NCBI GenBank assembly: GCA_039621445.1
Contig: CP154954.1
Span: forward strand, 26,548,954 to 26,612,953
DNA length: 64,000 nt
Direction: 5' to 3'
Origin: Euglena gracilis
Taxonomy: Eukaryota
Shown here: in pieces, positions 40,927-54,700 of the stretch
How the letters are laid out: the number at the start of each line of letters is the position of its first letter
Numbering within the stretch: the stretch's first letter is position 1
The notes under the pieces: model-generated
What the model was told of the DNA's origin: nothing
Seen by the model: the letters and a program-made list of their open reading frames with translations, nothing else
Database searches by the model: none
Translations under genes and position numbers: made by a program

Positions 40927-43900
40927 CACCCAAGGCAGCTGGTGCTGCACGTTGGCGCTTAACCGGTTGTCCGCCACATCCATCCGCACCTGCATCCGCA
41001 CCGCCACCTCGCAGAAGGTGCTTAGTGCCGACCTCGGCAGCCCCCGATCAGTCCCAGTGTCGTGACTTATGCAACGCTGTTCGACGAAACAACGTCAACA
41101 ACCCAAAACTGGGTGGGGGGGGGGGATTTTGGGGTCGCGGTGCCGTTTTAAAACAGTTGGAAACGTGTGGGAGATGTCCCATCAAAAAATTACCCTTTCG
41201 TCCAACCCAGGCTGAAATTGAGTTTAAATTTAACTGACTTCAGTGGAGGGAGGTCTCCGAGAGCCATATGCCCACGTTCAAGCAGTCCCCTCATATGTCA
41301 CTCCGAGACCAGTCGGATGGAGTCGGCCACACCTCAAACTGCAGCCTGGTCAAATCTTCTCCCATTACAGATCCTCCAGAGAGATTGCTCTCACAATCCT
41401 GCGCATCCTCGGGTGTCCAAATTTGGTGCACCAGAACTTGGAATGAACATCTGGCCAGACAATTTTGTGGAGGGGGGGGTCCGGGCCAACCTACCCGCCC
41501 CTTGGGGGGGCTTGGGGGACCCACTTTTAGGGAGTGAATCTTGGGGTCAAAAAAATTTGCCGTTTCCCACCGAGAACAGAGGAAACCCCCGTTCAGCCCG
41601 ACCCCCACCCTGGCAGGGGGGAGGCTCGGCCTGGACCCCCCCCCCGGGGTCACGAAACTTTAAAAAAAAAAAATCAACAATCACACCTGCTTACTGCAAA
41701 GAAAGAAAATCACCACAAATCAAATTTCCGTTCTGACTTCTGGTGTTCAGCGGGCAGTGGGCAGCATGATTCCCAACGTCCAGGAATCCAGCACCATCAA
41801 ACCTTTGCCCAGAAAATAAGGCCCGTTGAGAGATGGTTTCTCCCGAGGCAGAGCGGCAGGGGGGTCGCCGCGCGCAGCCCCCCGGTCGGTGATGAAGTTG
41901 CCCGGCAGGCTCAGCACAAGGGACTGCAGGCCGGCGGTCCGCAGCGCCGCCAGCGCCTCCGCCCCGTTGTCCATCACAAAGTTGTACCCCAAACACAGGC
42001 CTTGCTGGAACTCCAACCCAGAAAGTGTTCGTTCCCTGAGGCCGCAGGACGTTTGCCTCCCAAGCTATTCTCCCGTCGTGGGCGGGGGGGGGGGGTCAGC
42101 ATTCCTTTTGATGAGAAAAGGGGTGTGTTGTGTGTAGGCCATTACCTAAGGACCCCGGGGGTGGGCCCACCGGCTTGCCATTTTGCCAGCACTGGGAAAG
42201 AAATTCCTCCACGCTGCACGCCGAGGTAGAAATGACGTCTTTTTAAGTTTTGGGGGTCCAGAAAAAACTTCGGCGCTTCACGCAAATCACTGGAAAAAAT
42301 TTCCACTGGCTGGCCCTGCTGGCAGACCCCCCAGGGGGGGTCCACTAGGATTTCCAGTAGCCAAATTTGGACTTGCTGCAGTCCAGCCAGGGTACTGCGA
42401 ACCCTTGAGCCAGGCTGTGCGTTCTGGAAGGTCCCCTGGAGTGAGGTGGAGGTTTGGAACGTTGCGAGCGTCCAGAAAGAGCTCCAAAATGACAAAAAAA
42501 AGTGCGCAAAAGGGGCCGTCGTTAACCACTTTGCGGGTGTCCTGGGGCCAGGGGTTGACAACAAAAAAAAGGGTCGGGGGAGGACAGCAAATGGGGGAGG
42601 GCAGCCACGCCTGGCCAGGTACAGCGCCAGGTGTGTGACGGACCCGGCGGCGAGGGCCGGGCCCAGGGCCAGCCCCGAGGCGTCCACGCCGTTGTCCTCC
42701 AGCCGCAGGGCGAGGCGGGCGAGGGCCCCTCGCACGGCCCGGCCCCGGTGGCTGGATGGACGGGGGGGGGGGGCAGGGCTTCCACCCACAGGGGGGGGGG
42801 GGTATGCAACAAGGCTCCTCGGAATATGCAATGCAAAAAAAAAATGCAAAAAGTGCAAGTCGTGTGTCAATTCCTTCAGGAGCACACTTTTACACTGCGG
42901 AGGACTTGGAAAAAATTCACTGGCTCAAAAACTGGCAACATTAAAGGAAAATGTGACACAAACTTGTGAAGTGATGGGGTTGGTTCTCCGAGTCCACTCA
43001 TATTTCATCAGGCAACTACTGATTATGTGAAATTGGTCCAATTGGAGCAATACGCCTGTGCAAATGCCTGAACAAAATAAAGCAGGCAAACTATGCCAAA
43101 AAAAAATGCAAAAAAATGAGACTTTTCACAAACTGCTCATTGTGCAAAAAAAAGATAATGCAAATTATGCAAAAAAGCGCAAATTTTCAAGATTATTGAT
43201 TATGCAAACAAAATGCAAACTATGCAACTTGCATATCCCCCCCTGCTGCCCACTTCTGAGGGCGGCAGATACGTTACCCCCCCCCCCCGGGAGGGGAGCG
43301 ATGGACGGGGGGAGGGGCATTTGGGCAGAGGGGGAGATGGCGAGACAACCCTGAGGCTGCGCCGCACCTCGAACAGGAGGGCTTTGTGTCGGGTTGGACT
43401 CAATTGTCACACGGTGCTGAGGTGCAAGCTGCGCCCATGCACCACTGAGCAAAATTGGCACGACAGAAGGCTTGGGAATTGCTTACATCATGTGAGGCAG
43501 GCACATGCCTCGGCAATATGGCGTAACGGAAGGGCCTGCACAGGGGGGAGGGGGCAAGCCACCGCACACAGCAGAGACGTGGACGGGTTTCCAAACAGCG
43601 GCAGGAGGCCTGGCCAGGCTGTGGCCAGCCCCACATCTCGGAAGGCCGAAAAGTCTCACGACCGCAGATGGTCGGCGCTCGGCAGTACCCCCGTTGCCTT
43701 ACCCCCCCCCGCCGACCGCGTTATCTGCCCAACCCGGAGTGCCATGGGGTGCCTGGCCACGCTCCTGGGGGGGGGGGGGGTCAGTCCTGCCTGCCTGGTC
43801 GTGGGAGAAATTTGTTATAAAAAAAGGGCTTTTATCTTTGACCGAGTGCCCGCGCACTCCCAATCACAAGCCTAAATCCCGTAGGGGAGTCGGATGTGGT

Positions 43901-45662
43901 TGAGGGGAGGAGGGTCAGCTACGCCTGGAATTCCAGGCGACACCAACTGGGTTGAGCCACTGGTCCGACCAACGCCCTCAGCACGCAGGGGCGAGGGAGC
44001 AACAGCCTGGACCCAAAGTCGCTGCTCCTTCCATCCGGTTCTGCCCACGCTTGCATCCATGTATGTTTGCACTGGTGGGTCAGTGTTGTTGTGTGCGTAC
44101 AATGTGCATGATTTGTTGGGGTCGCCTCACTGTCAAAGCCTAGGCTGTCATTCAGTGTTGCTGCTGGGAACCCTCTGGGGGGGGGGGGGGAGATCAAGCA
44201 ATATCAAAGAAAAGTGGAGAGACATTAATCAGACAGTGGTGAGATGCTGTCGCAAATTCCTTTCCCGTTTTCCGCTGTGAAATTCCAAAAACTTAAAGTT
44301 GAAGAAAAAATCAATTTGTTAAGGGTATGTTCTTGTGAGTCAGTATTGCTGATTTAGAAACCCATCATCAGATCTTGATTTGTGTTTACCTGCCCGCCCC
44401 CGATTGCATGAATGGCAGCGTCACCACACAGTGTTTGTCTGGTTTAGGTCGAGATTCCAATTGTCTTGCAAGGGGAGGGGGGGACATTACCCGAGGCCGA
44501 GGGTCGTTCTAACTGGGGTCACCTCCAAACTGCACGGGGGGGGGGGGATAGATGCAGCGTGGCCCGTGGCCCAAGTCCAGGTCCAGCACGGTCAGGGAGG
44601 GCAACTGGGCGGCCTTTGCTGCCAGCGCCGCTGCCCCCGCCTCCCCAACGTCATTGCCCCACAGGTTGCCGCCAGTGCCGGGCTGGCACTCCTGCCGACC
44701 AGGCCTCTTGTCAACACCCTGGTGGGGGGGGGGGTCCTGCTCAGCCCCACCCCTGGGTTTTGTTTGGGCCTTGGTCAGGGCGTTGTTTTGGAACCCCCCG
44801 GGGGTCCAGTGCAGAGACTGGAAAATTAAACTGTAAACTGGAAAAAGGCGACCTCCCCCATAGGGGTCCCCCGGCTGGAGCTGGGACCAACCAAGGTCAA
44901 ACCAGGTGCCAGAAAAAATGGCTCCGTGCGGATTTCCGGTGGTCGCCGTCGTGGTGGTCGGGCCGACCAGGTCGGGCCGACCACCATTTTTCCGCAACAC
45001 CCCCCCTTTTTGAACTTTTAAGCCCCCCCCCCCCCCCTGGTCGGTGGCTAGTTGGTGGGCATAAAAATGGTCTGTGGTGGCCAAAATCACCCGGAAATGC
45101 ATTTATGGGCAGTTCCCCCCCAGGACCCTGTCCTGTGGCGGTCCTGGGGCCCCAGTCTACCGCCATGCGCCCCGAAGGCCGCCTGGCCGAAGGCCGAAGG
45201 CCGCCGCAGCGGCCGAAGGCCGCTGCAATTCAGAACCTGAAAAGTTGATGATGTTATTTAAAGGCGTAGGGTTAGGGTAAAGTTTCCATTCCTAACTGTC
45301 CCATCCCATCCCCTCAACGTCGTTAAATTGGTGTCTGCAGGGGACCCAGCGAACCCAAAGAGGCGCCCAACTAGGGTTAAAAACATTGGGGGACCCGAGC
45401 GAGGCGCCGAAGGCGCCGAGCGAGGGTCCCCCAATGTGTATTAACCCTAGTTGGGCGCCTCTTAGGGGTCCTTTTGGGCTCCCTCCCCAGCAGTGGTGAA
45501 AATGATGCAATAGGCCCTAAGAAAAATGCCCCTTTGAAGTGTTTTTTGGAGTACATTGAAATTTGCTCCCGGCGTGCTGTTGTTTTTGGATCCTTGGACG
45601 ATGTTTTTTTTTTGGGATGGGCAGGATGGTGCATTCATGCGCGTGAACTTTTCAAAACGCAG

Positions 45663-45717
<55 letters not shown>

Positions 45718-48700
45718 ACTAGCTGGTTCCCTGCAGGCACCAGTTTATCACGCATCAGTCACCGAACCTTCAACTGGTCGGTCGACCCTTCAACTAGTTG
45801 GTGGTAGGCTGGAGGGGGGGGGGGCTGGCTAGTCGGCCGACTAGTCGGCTGACAACCCATTTGGTCGGCCGACCGATGACGCCAATTGGTCGGTCGGCCT
45901 GATCGACGGCTAGTCGGCGAAACAGGGGGGGGGGAGGCAGTTGGCCGACTGGTCGCCGAAATACCCACTCTAATGTGCTAATGAGTCAACCGCCGACTTT
46001 TAACCCCCCCTGAAAAAAAAACTTCGGATGGGGGTGGAGGGGGGAGTTTTCTGCCTCTCGTGAGAGTCATGGCCAGTTTCCCCCCAGGACCCCCCCCAGG
46101 ACCCACCGGGGGGCGGTACCCACTTCAAAATAACCTGAATTTGTGCTGCACAATTTCTGCCAAAAAGTTGCAGGACCCACCCAGGACCCTCCCAGCGCCC
46201 CCCCCCAGGACCCCCCCAGGACCCTCCAAATTACCCCCCCCCCAGGACCCCCCCCGGGACCCCCCCCCGGCCCCCCCCGGGGGGGGGGGGGGGGGTAGTC
46301 GGCCGCTTAATGGTCGGTAGCTAGTCGGCGAGACGGGGTGGGGGGGTATTGGTACACCCCCAGATGGAAATCTTTGGTCGGTGGGGGTCAGTGGGCCCTT
46401 GATGGGGGTGCGGAGGGGTAAAAAAACCAATGATGAAACAGGGATTACATGAAAATCCTTTAGAAATGCAAGCATTCTGCATCACGAGAGGCAGGAAACT
46501 CCTCCCTCCACCCCCATCTGAACCTCAAATAACAAAATCCCTTCTGAGTTGGCAACATACTCGGGGGCTAAGTTGTTTTTGTGGCTCACTTTGGCATAGG
46601 CGGGGGGGGGGGGGGGCTCCGCCCCCCACCCCCCCCCTCAAATAACGAAATCCCCTCTATGTTGGCAACATACTTGAGTGCTAAGTCCTTTTTGTGCAAA
46701 ATTTTGCAATTATATTGAAAATCTGATGGGGAGAGGTGTTCTTTTGCCATAAGTGGCCCAAAATGGGCATTTCCCCCCCCCAAGTTTTTGCATATTCACC
46801 CCCGATTGGGGGGTTCTGGAGCCATTTAAGTGGGATTTGATTGGTGGTGGGGTGATTTGGAAAAAAGTTTTTTTCAGGGGGGGGGGGTGGTGGCTTAAAT
46901 CTCCAGAAGGGGGGGGGGGGGTAGTGCAAAAAAATGGTGGTCGGGCCGACCAGGTCGGGCCGACCACCACAGGTCAATAAGGTCGGGCCGACCATGGTCG
47001 GGCCGACCTCCCTGGTCGGGCCGACCAGGTTGGGCCGACCACCGCAAGGACGACCACCGGAAATCCGCTCGGGGCTAAAAAAAAAAAATCGAAACTGGAA
47101 AAAAAATCTAAAAAAAACTGCCAACTGTGCAAAAAACAAAATCGAGTTCTGACCCATAATTTGTCCAGCCGCCCAAAGAGCGGCTGGACAATGAGAAAAA
47201 CTCGTTGATGGTGGACAGGAGGTCCAAGGCTGTTGGCTGGCTGCCCTCTCCCCCAGAGGCTTAAGCGATGCCCTGGTCTTGGCTGGGTTGTACCCAGCCT
47301 AATTCCTTGGAATCATCCATGTTGGGTCCCGGGTGGCATTTGGTTTTGGAGTGGGACGTGCTGTATCACACTCCCCCTTCCCCTGGGGGTTGAAGGCGCT
47401 GATTCGATGGCAGGGTTACGGTACGAGGAGTCGAAGTCTTTTTTTTTGTAACTGTTCGGGGGCCCAGAGTCTCTTGTTTTGCATGAGCCCTGTGTGCGTA
47501 ACTCCATTTTATTGTGCAAGTCCTTTTGTAGTCAACTGTTCTGAGGGGCCACAAAATAACAAAATCCCTTGTGTAATGTGTGCCCTGTGTGTGCGAACTC
47601 CTTTGCCCATGCCCTTTTTTGAGGGTAACGTTTCGCAGAAAACACCTGTATGCAAGTACGTATGGGAAAGCTCTAAAGCTTTCTCGAACGTCGCTCAAGG
47701 TCGCTCAAGGTCGTTCGAGGAGGATTTTAGATAAACCCTCCTGAGGGAGGCTTAAGGACGTTGGGGGAGGCTCCAGTTCGAACGCTCAAGCTCGAGCCCC
47801 CCCCTGATTCCGTCAACAGGATGTTGTGGTGTCAAAACCAAGGATTTTGGGTTTCTCTGCGACAATCCATCTAATTCGCCAACCATTATGGCTAACATTT
47901 GGCCATTATTTCATCCTGTATTTTAATCTTTGTATTTATTTTCTTTCAAGGAAATTTGGGGGCGACCAGTGATGTGTACCCCCCCGGGAAACTGTCACCT
48001 GACAGGTTGGCCAGTACCGGGGACCCTGGCAACTTCCTATCGTGACAGGTTGGCTGGTACTTGGGACCCTGACAGTTTCCCGGGCGGGACCCTGACAGTT
48101 TCCCGGTAGGGCATTTCAAGGGAAAGTCAGGGTCACCTCTCCACCAGGTTATCCTACCCCCCCCCCCCCGGGAAACTGTCATGCCCGAGAACCTGTCAGG
48201 GACCCGCCCGGGAAACTGTCAGGGTCCCCGGTACTGGCCAACCTGTCAGTATGGGAAGTTGTCAGGGTCCCCGGTACCGGCCAACCTGTCAGGGTCGTTT
48301 TTCATAGGGGTCGACCCCTCCACAAGGACTTTTAAGGCCGGGGGGTAGGGGTCCCCCCACCTACCCTGGGTGCCCCTACCGCGGGGGGAGGGAGTCCGGG
48401 GGGTCAATTTGGGGGAAAAGAAAATTTTCGGCACAAAGAAACGAAAGATACCGAACCCCCGCCTCCGACGGGACGCACAAAGCCCTTGCGGGACGCACAA
48501 AGCCCTTGGGGGACCACTCAGGGGAGGGGGTCCGGCAGGGCAGAACGGGAAGGCCTGGTGGGGGGGGGGGGTCGACCCCCCCTACGCACCACAGCATTTT
48601 CACCGATTTCGGGAAAACGAAGATTTTGGCCGGGAAAATTTTTGAGAATTTTTTTGAAAAATGAACCCAAAACACATGATTTTTTGATGGAAAACCACAT

Positions 48701-51700
48701 TTTTTCACAAAAAAATCTCAAAAAAATCAGGGTTAAAATAGGTAGTTCGGGGGTGAAAAAAACGAAGGTCAAAAAAAGTGGACCAAATTCTGGCACAGTC
48801 AAATTTTACTGACAATTTTTTCTCTTTGAAATTTTTTGGACTTTCAATGGCATTATTTTGCTTCAAAACCCTGTCAAAACCCAAATTTTGAGAAAATGTC
48901 GAATTTTTGGAAGGTGTGAAAAAAATGGGGCTTTGGGTGGTTTTTGGGGGGGACCCCTATGTGGGTCCAAAGTGGGTCAAAAAAAACACCTGGCGCCGAA
49001 GGCGCCGGAAAAATTTTTTTGGGGCCAAAAATTGGTGCTCCCGGAAATACGGGAAGAGGTGGTGGGGGGGGGGGTGGTCGACCCCCCCCCAGCCACGATG
49101 CACGGGGTGGGGGGGTCGACCCCACCACCCACCATCCTGGCTGTTCGGCCGATTCCCGTTCTGCCCTGGGGTCCGGCAGACCCATCTACCAGCCTACCCA
49201 ACCCACCCCAAGGTCCATAGTTGGATAATTGGGATCCCTGGTGCCACCACAGCTTTTGTGCCAGAAAAAAAAATACCTCCAAGCTGAATTCAGGGGCAAT
49301 TCCCTCCGGAAAAAATTCGGCTTTCAAATCTGTACACCAGGAAAAAAAAAACGGAAAGGTCTGGGGAGACCTCCACATCCACCCAGATTTTCGTTCAGCC
49401 CTGGGGTGACTCAAACCCGAACACCCGCTCTCTTGGATGGAAGAAGAACGGGACCGTGATGTCCCAGTTTTCTGTGCCAACTGCCTACAGGCAGACATTT
49501 GGTTGCCCGCAGATGGCGGAAACCTCAAGATCGCACCCAGAAATGAGACTGCAAGACGAGATGTCAAATGAACCAATTCAAAATTTTAAAGAAAGCAGAA
49601 GCTTTTGAACGTGGCAGAATCGACTTTGACTTTCAGGAATGCACAAAAGGGCGGTTGCCCCAACTTTTCAATGACGACGACTGGAAAAAGGTGATGTAAC
49701 CTTTGTTCCTAAAAACAGACTACGGTCTCTGAAACAACTCAACGTCAGTTACTGCCCAATCATCTGCCAGAAAGGCAGATGAGCAGGTTAAGAGACTTGT
49801 TCAGAATGAGTGTGTACCATTCTGAAACCACATGTGACCCAATGTGCCAGCACATCCCACGCGCACATCAGGCTATCGCGGGAGATTGAAGAAATGAGAA
49901 GTTGGGTTTTCCCAAGGATGGACATGGAGAATCCTGACAACCTACTCTAGACCTGCGTTCAACGGAAATGACCCTTGTACAAGACCCAGATATGGGTGAG
50001 CACTTCAGCTCAGACGCTGAGGGTTTCCAACACTCAACATCAGCCACAGCTAAACTTTCTCTTTGGGTGTAGTCCCACATAATGAGCGAAGTCTGAAGCA
50101 CAAATGTGCCGTCCATCGTCATGTTCGACGTCCCCCCGAAGTTTTTCAAGTTCGGTGGACAACAAGTTGACAGTGGAGAGCCACCATCAACTAAATTGCA
50201 GCTTACAGATTGCAAAGACACCACACTGTTAGTAAGAACATACACAAAGCACAGCATGTGTGTCATAATTATTTTGTGTGTTCGCAGTCCAAAACCTTCG
50301 AGGTAATTGGGAACCAGATCATGGTTCCTGGTGCCCATCCCACACGGGACTATGCCTGGCATCCCGACTGGCCTGGTCTAAAGGAAAATCAGGCTTAACC
50401 CTGGGAGGGGGATGTGTACCAGGCAGCCATGATGCCATGGCTCTGTCTACCAGAGAAAGGCTACGGCCTAGAATCTGGCTACGGCCAGGCTGTATACAGC
50501 ACTATGTGAAAGCTTACCTCCCCCCCCCTTGTCATTGACACGCCAATGTTCCAGGAAAGTGTCGTTGACACGGGGGGGGGGGGTGTCAACGACACGCCGT
50601 GTCAACGACACAGTACCTAAAAAAAATCGACCGCACCAGTAACAATGAATGACCCCGTGAATGCATGTCCGCCACACTGTGGCCGGTGCGAATGGGGATG
50701 ACATTCGAAGCCATGGCTGGAAAGAAGATTCAACCCATTTTTGAAATGTCCTGGCTGAAATTTGTCAGAAACTGTGGCCAACGCAAAAGAAAAAAATATG
50801 TTCAGGAAAGTGTCGTTGACACGGGGGGTGTGTCAACGACACGCCGTGTCAACGACAAGGGGGGGGGGGAGGTAGGCCAACTGGCGAAACTAAGAATCTC
50901 GTGTGACTCTCAGCGATCTGAATTAAGACTTCTGGTTCCTAAACCCCCCAAAATAAGACCCCCCCCCGGCCGGTCCGAGCAAAAATCTATGAAATGCCCC
51001 CCACCCCCATAAATAAGACCCCCCTGCGGGCGCGAAGCGCCGGATTTTTGAAAAATGGGACATTTGGGGGGGGGGGGTAAATATGCCATTTTGGGACAGT
51101 TTTCGCACAATTCAGCATATTTTCTCTAATTTGTCTGGCGCGAAGCGCCGAATTTTTCAAAAATTGGTATTTTGGGGTGAATTTTTGGACATTTTGGGGG
51201 GTCTTTTCTTCATTTTTTTTCCAGCAATTTTTCCAGCAAAAATCCATAAAATGGACCCCCCCCCATGAATAAGACCCCCCCTCGGGCTTTCCAGCAACCG
51301 ACCCATGAAATGGACCCCCGGTCTTATTTGGGGGGGGGGGCTAATTTCCCCTTGAGAATTTTGGGTGCTTTTGTAAATTTGTAAATAGTTGCAGAAGCTT
51401 GGGACGGACCTCAAACAGTACTGATCTGATTTTTTTGGAAATGGGAAAAGCGAAAAGCACAGGGCGAGACGTGCATTGTACCCCTCCTGAAGCCAGCATA
51501 TACCAAGTGGCTGACACTGCGCCTGCCAGGCCTTAATACAATAATTGCATAAGGCCTTAATACAATGCGGCCTTAATACAATAATTACAAATTTCCAAGG
51601 CCCAAGCCCGTACTGCATACAGTGCAATGTGTTTGATTCCCGGGTTTGGTGGGCTAAGATTCCACACCGTGTCCCATTCAAGAAGCTTTGGAACCAAAAG

Positions 51701-54700
51701 TTAGAGAAGTATGAGGCATTTTGGGATCCACTCCCAAACCTCTTGGGGCTGGCAAAGCACCTATGCCCACTGATATTTGTACATTGCGTACACAACTCAT
51801 TTTTGTTCACGGATCTTATGTTTGTACAGATCCTCAGACATGGCACAATTCAAACGCACCACAAGTGTTTTGGGAAGGGCACCCTACATCAAAATTAAGT
51901 GTAAAGGGCAAAAAGTTCACAAGTGGGAGAGAGTTGTTTCCATTCCCCATTGTCCACAAATAAGTCCTTCTCATTTTGATGATGTCCTATGTGGCTGCCA
52001 CACGTTTATTCGTGATACCTGGGAACCCCTTCTAATTTCATTAAAACCCCGATATAAAGCCATAAGTGCAGACACGGTTGCTTCAATCACAAAGCAATTT
52101 CAGGCCAAGCAAGGGGGACCCCAGGTGTGGGGGCACTCCACCAGAGGAGCTTGGGTTGGTTTACTCATAAAACCGGGCCTTTCTGCCCACGAAGTTACTG
52201 TGACAACCTCAACATTGCTTCTGGTGCAGTCCCACAGAAAGGTTGTCCAAAATGTGCTTGAGATTTCTAATAAACTATCACTTTCCCCGTTATCGCAAAA
52301 ATATTCATCATTTGGAAGCTGAGGTTTGCGGCAAACCCAGCTTGTTGAGGATTTGGAACACGCAGTGAAGACTTGTCCGCGAGTTTGGGCCGTTTGTCCG
52401 TTCAAGGTAAGATTCACAACTTGGAAATTTTGAGTGAATAAGGCTGCCATCAGGGGTTTTTTTGAGAACCCCAGGGGCCTACAGGCCGGCTGGAAAGGGG
52501 TGCTGACTGCAAAAAAAAAGTGCTGGCTGGACCCCTGGGGGGTCCAGGAGAGGGTCCAGGGGGAGGTCGTCGCCGGACAGCGGGGAGCTGCTGGCTGCTG
52601 GAAAAAGAGGTGTATGGGAAGGGTACCCTGTACGGGAAGGCCTGGTGGGGAGGGGTCGACCCCCCACCCAGATCGCTTGGCTGCAGTCATTTTTCTTCAC
52701 CAAGGGCTTGTACGTCGTCATTGGTTGCCCTGCCCTGGGTTCACCTGTGGTTCGTGCTTGGGGAGCCCGAACCCTCATTCGCGCCTTTTCGCGACTTTTT
52801 CGGGAAATTTCGCGTTTTTTGGGGGTGTTTAGTATCATTTTCAGGTAGACTTTTTGGTCCTTGGAATGACCAGGTTTTGTGCTGAGGTCTTTACGTGTGT
52901 CATGGTGTCATGCTGCAGCAAAAGTTTGAGGCGGTTGGCGGACCGGCGGCGTGGCCCAGCCCAGCCCGGCCCGGCATGGCCCGGCTAGCGGTGTTATTTA
53001 CTTGTGCTCTGAAGGGGGGGGGACCCGGTTTGGGCCCTTGTGCATTTTTCTGACTTCTTTCACTGGGGATGGTGGACGGGGGGCGCATTATTTGGCCAAC
53101 CAGTCTCTCACCATTCCACCCCGGCACTGCGCGAGGGTGAGCGACTGCAGGGCGGGCAGGGCGGGGACCACATGCGCCAACGCGGCGTCACCGATGCCGT
53201 TGCCCCCACGGGGCGGCTCAGTGACGGTTGTCCACCGGGGGAAACAAACGTGCCTCGCGAACAATGCTCGCCCTCCTTCAGCCTTCTTTGGGCTGGGGCA
53301 GGCTTCCCCCCAACGTTCCGTCCATGGGTTTTTTTTACCTCCCCCCTCCGTCCAACGACCGCTAAATATCGCTACTGACCGGGGGGTGGTCGCTGTTCTG
53401 GCCAAACATCGCGGATTGGTCGTTAGACAAGACCACGGTCAAGAACGCGAATGTCTGGAAAAAAGGGTCACCTGGAAAAAGATCTCTTACTGACCAGGGG
53501 GTGGTCGTTGGGCAAGGGGGGGGGGAGGTAAGGCCGGGGGTCCCCCCCCACTCACCCATCATCGGGGGTCCCAGGGGAACCCACTCACTTTTCCCCAATG
53601 GCCAAAGAATCGCGAAAAATGCTAAAAATCGCACCTTTTCAATAAATTTCAGCCCCTTTGGTGCCGAAAAGTAAATCCCCCCCCCCCCCCTGGGGGGACC
53701 CCACCGGACCCACCCACCCTACCCCCCCCCCGGGGGTCCAAGACTAAAAAAAAACCCCGGTTCTGTCCCACCCGCCAGGCCAGCCGGCCCCTGCCTGGAC
53801 GCGAGGTCCAGGCGCAGGGAGGCCAGGGCCGGGAGGTACTCCAGGGCGCCGAGGGCGGGCAGGGCGGTGCCGGTGAGCTGGTTGCTGCCGAGGCTCAGCG
53901 AGAGGGCCCGCAGGCCCCGGCAGCGCGCCAGGGGGGCCAGGCCGAGCAGCCCGGCGGGGCCCAGCTGGTTGTCGTGGGGGGCAGGGCCGCGCCGTGGCGG
54001 GGCCCGCCCAGCGGGGACCAACACCGGTTGCGGCGGAGGCCGCAAACGCTGCGGCATGTCAGTTGAATACCTGTCAGGGGGGTACAGCGAAAGAAAGTGG
54101 AGGGCGGCAAAAAAGGCCAGTGGGTTGAAATCAGAGCTGTGCGGGGAGGGGCTTTATTTGACGGGGGACACAAATGTATGAATGACCCATTGAGTCCCTC
54201 CCCCTCTTCGTCTGGAAGCTTTGAGGGGACGACTCCGTTTGCAGTACTGCAACTCCTGGCATGCCACTTGTACACATCCACATCCACACGCATCCATCCA
54301 TCCATCCATCCGTCCGTCCGTCCGTCCATCCGTCCGTCCGTCCGTCTGTCCATCCGTCCGTCCATCCGTCCGTCCGCCCGTCCATCCATCCACCAACCCA
54401 CCCACCCACCCACACCCACCCACCCACCCATGGATACAGACAGACAGACAGACAGACAGGCAGGCAGGCAGACAGGCAGACAGGCAGACAGGCAGGCAGG
54501 CAGGCAGGCAGAGAAGACAGACAGACAGACAGACATGCATACATATTCACATGTGTATGCACATGTTGTTTACATTTCGGACCTTTCCAGCCAACAGCGA
54601 TCCCGCCCCCAACGCCGGGCCAGCAGCGGCCCTGGCCCACGTCCAGTTCCAGGTCCTGCAGCGCCGGGCCCCAGCCCTCCGCCACCAGCCGCAGGCCCTC

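Larger units (their letters stand above)
44668..53132 (-). other. 8.5-kb non-canonical intron (intron 6 of the LRR gene)
   Basis: 5' GCG-CAGTGCCGGG pairs perfectly with 3' CCCGGCACTG-GCGGC, and the flanking exons join as an LRR. Confidence 0.85.

Noticed and set aside
45266-45280. Telomeric seed TAGGGTTAGGG
   Set aside because: Fewer than two full repeats; expected by chance.
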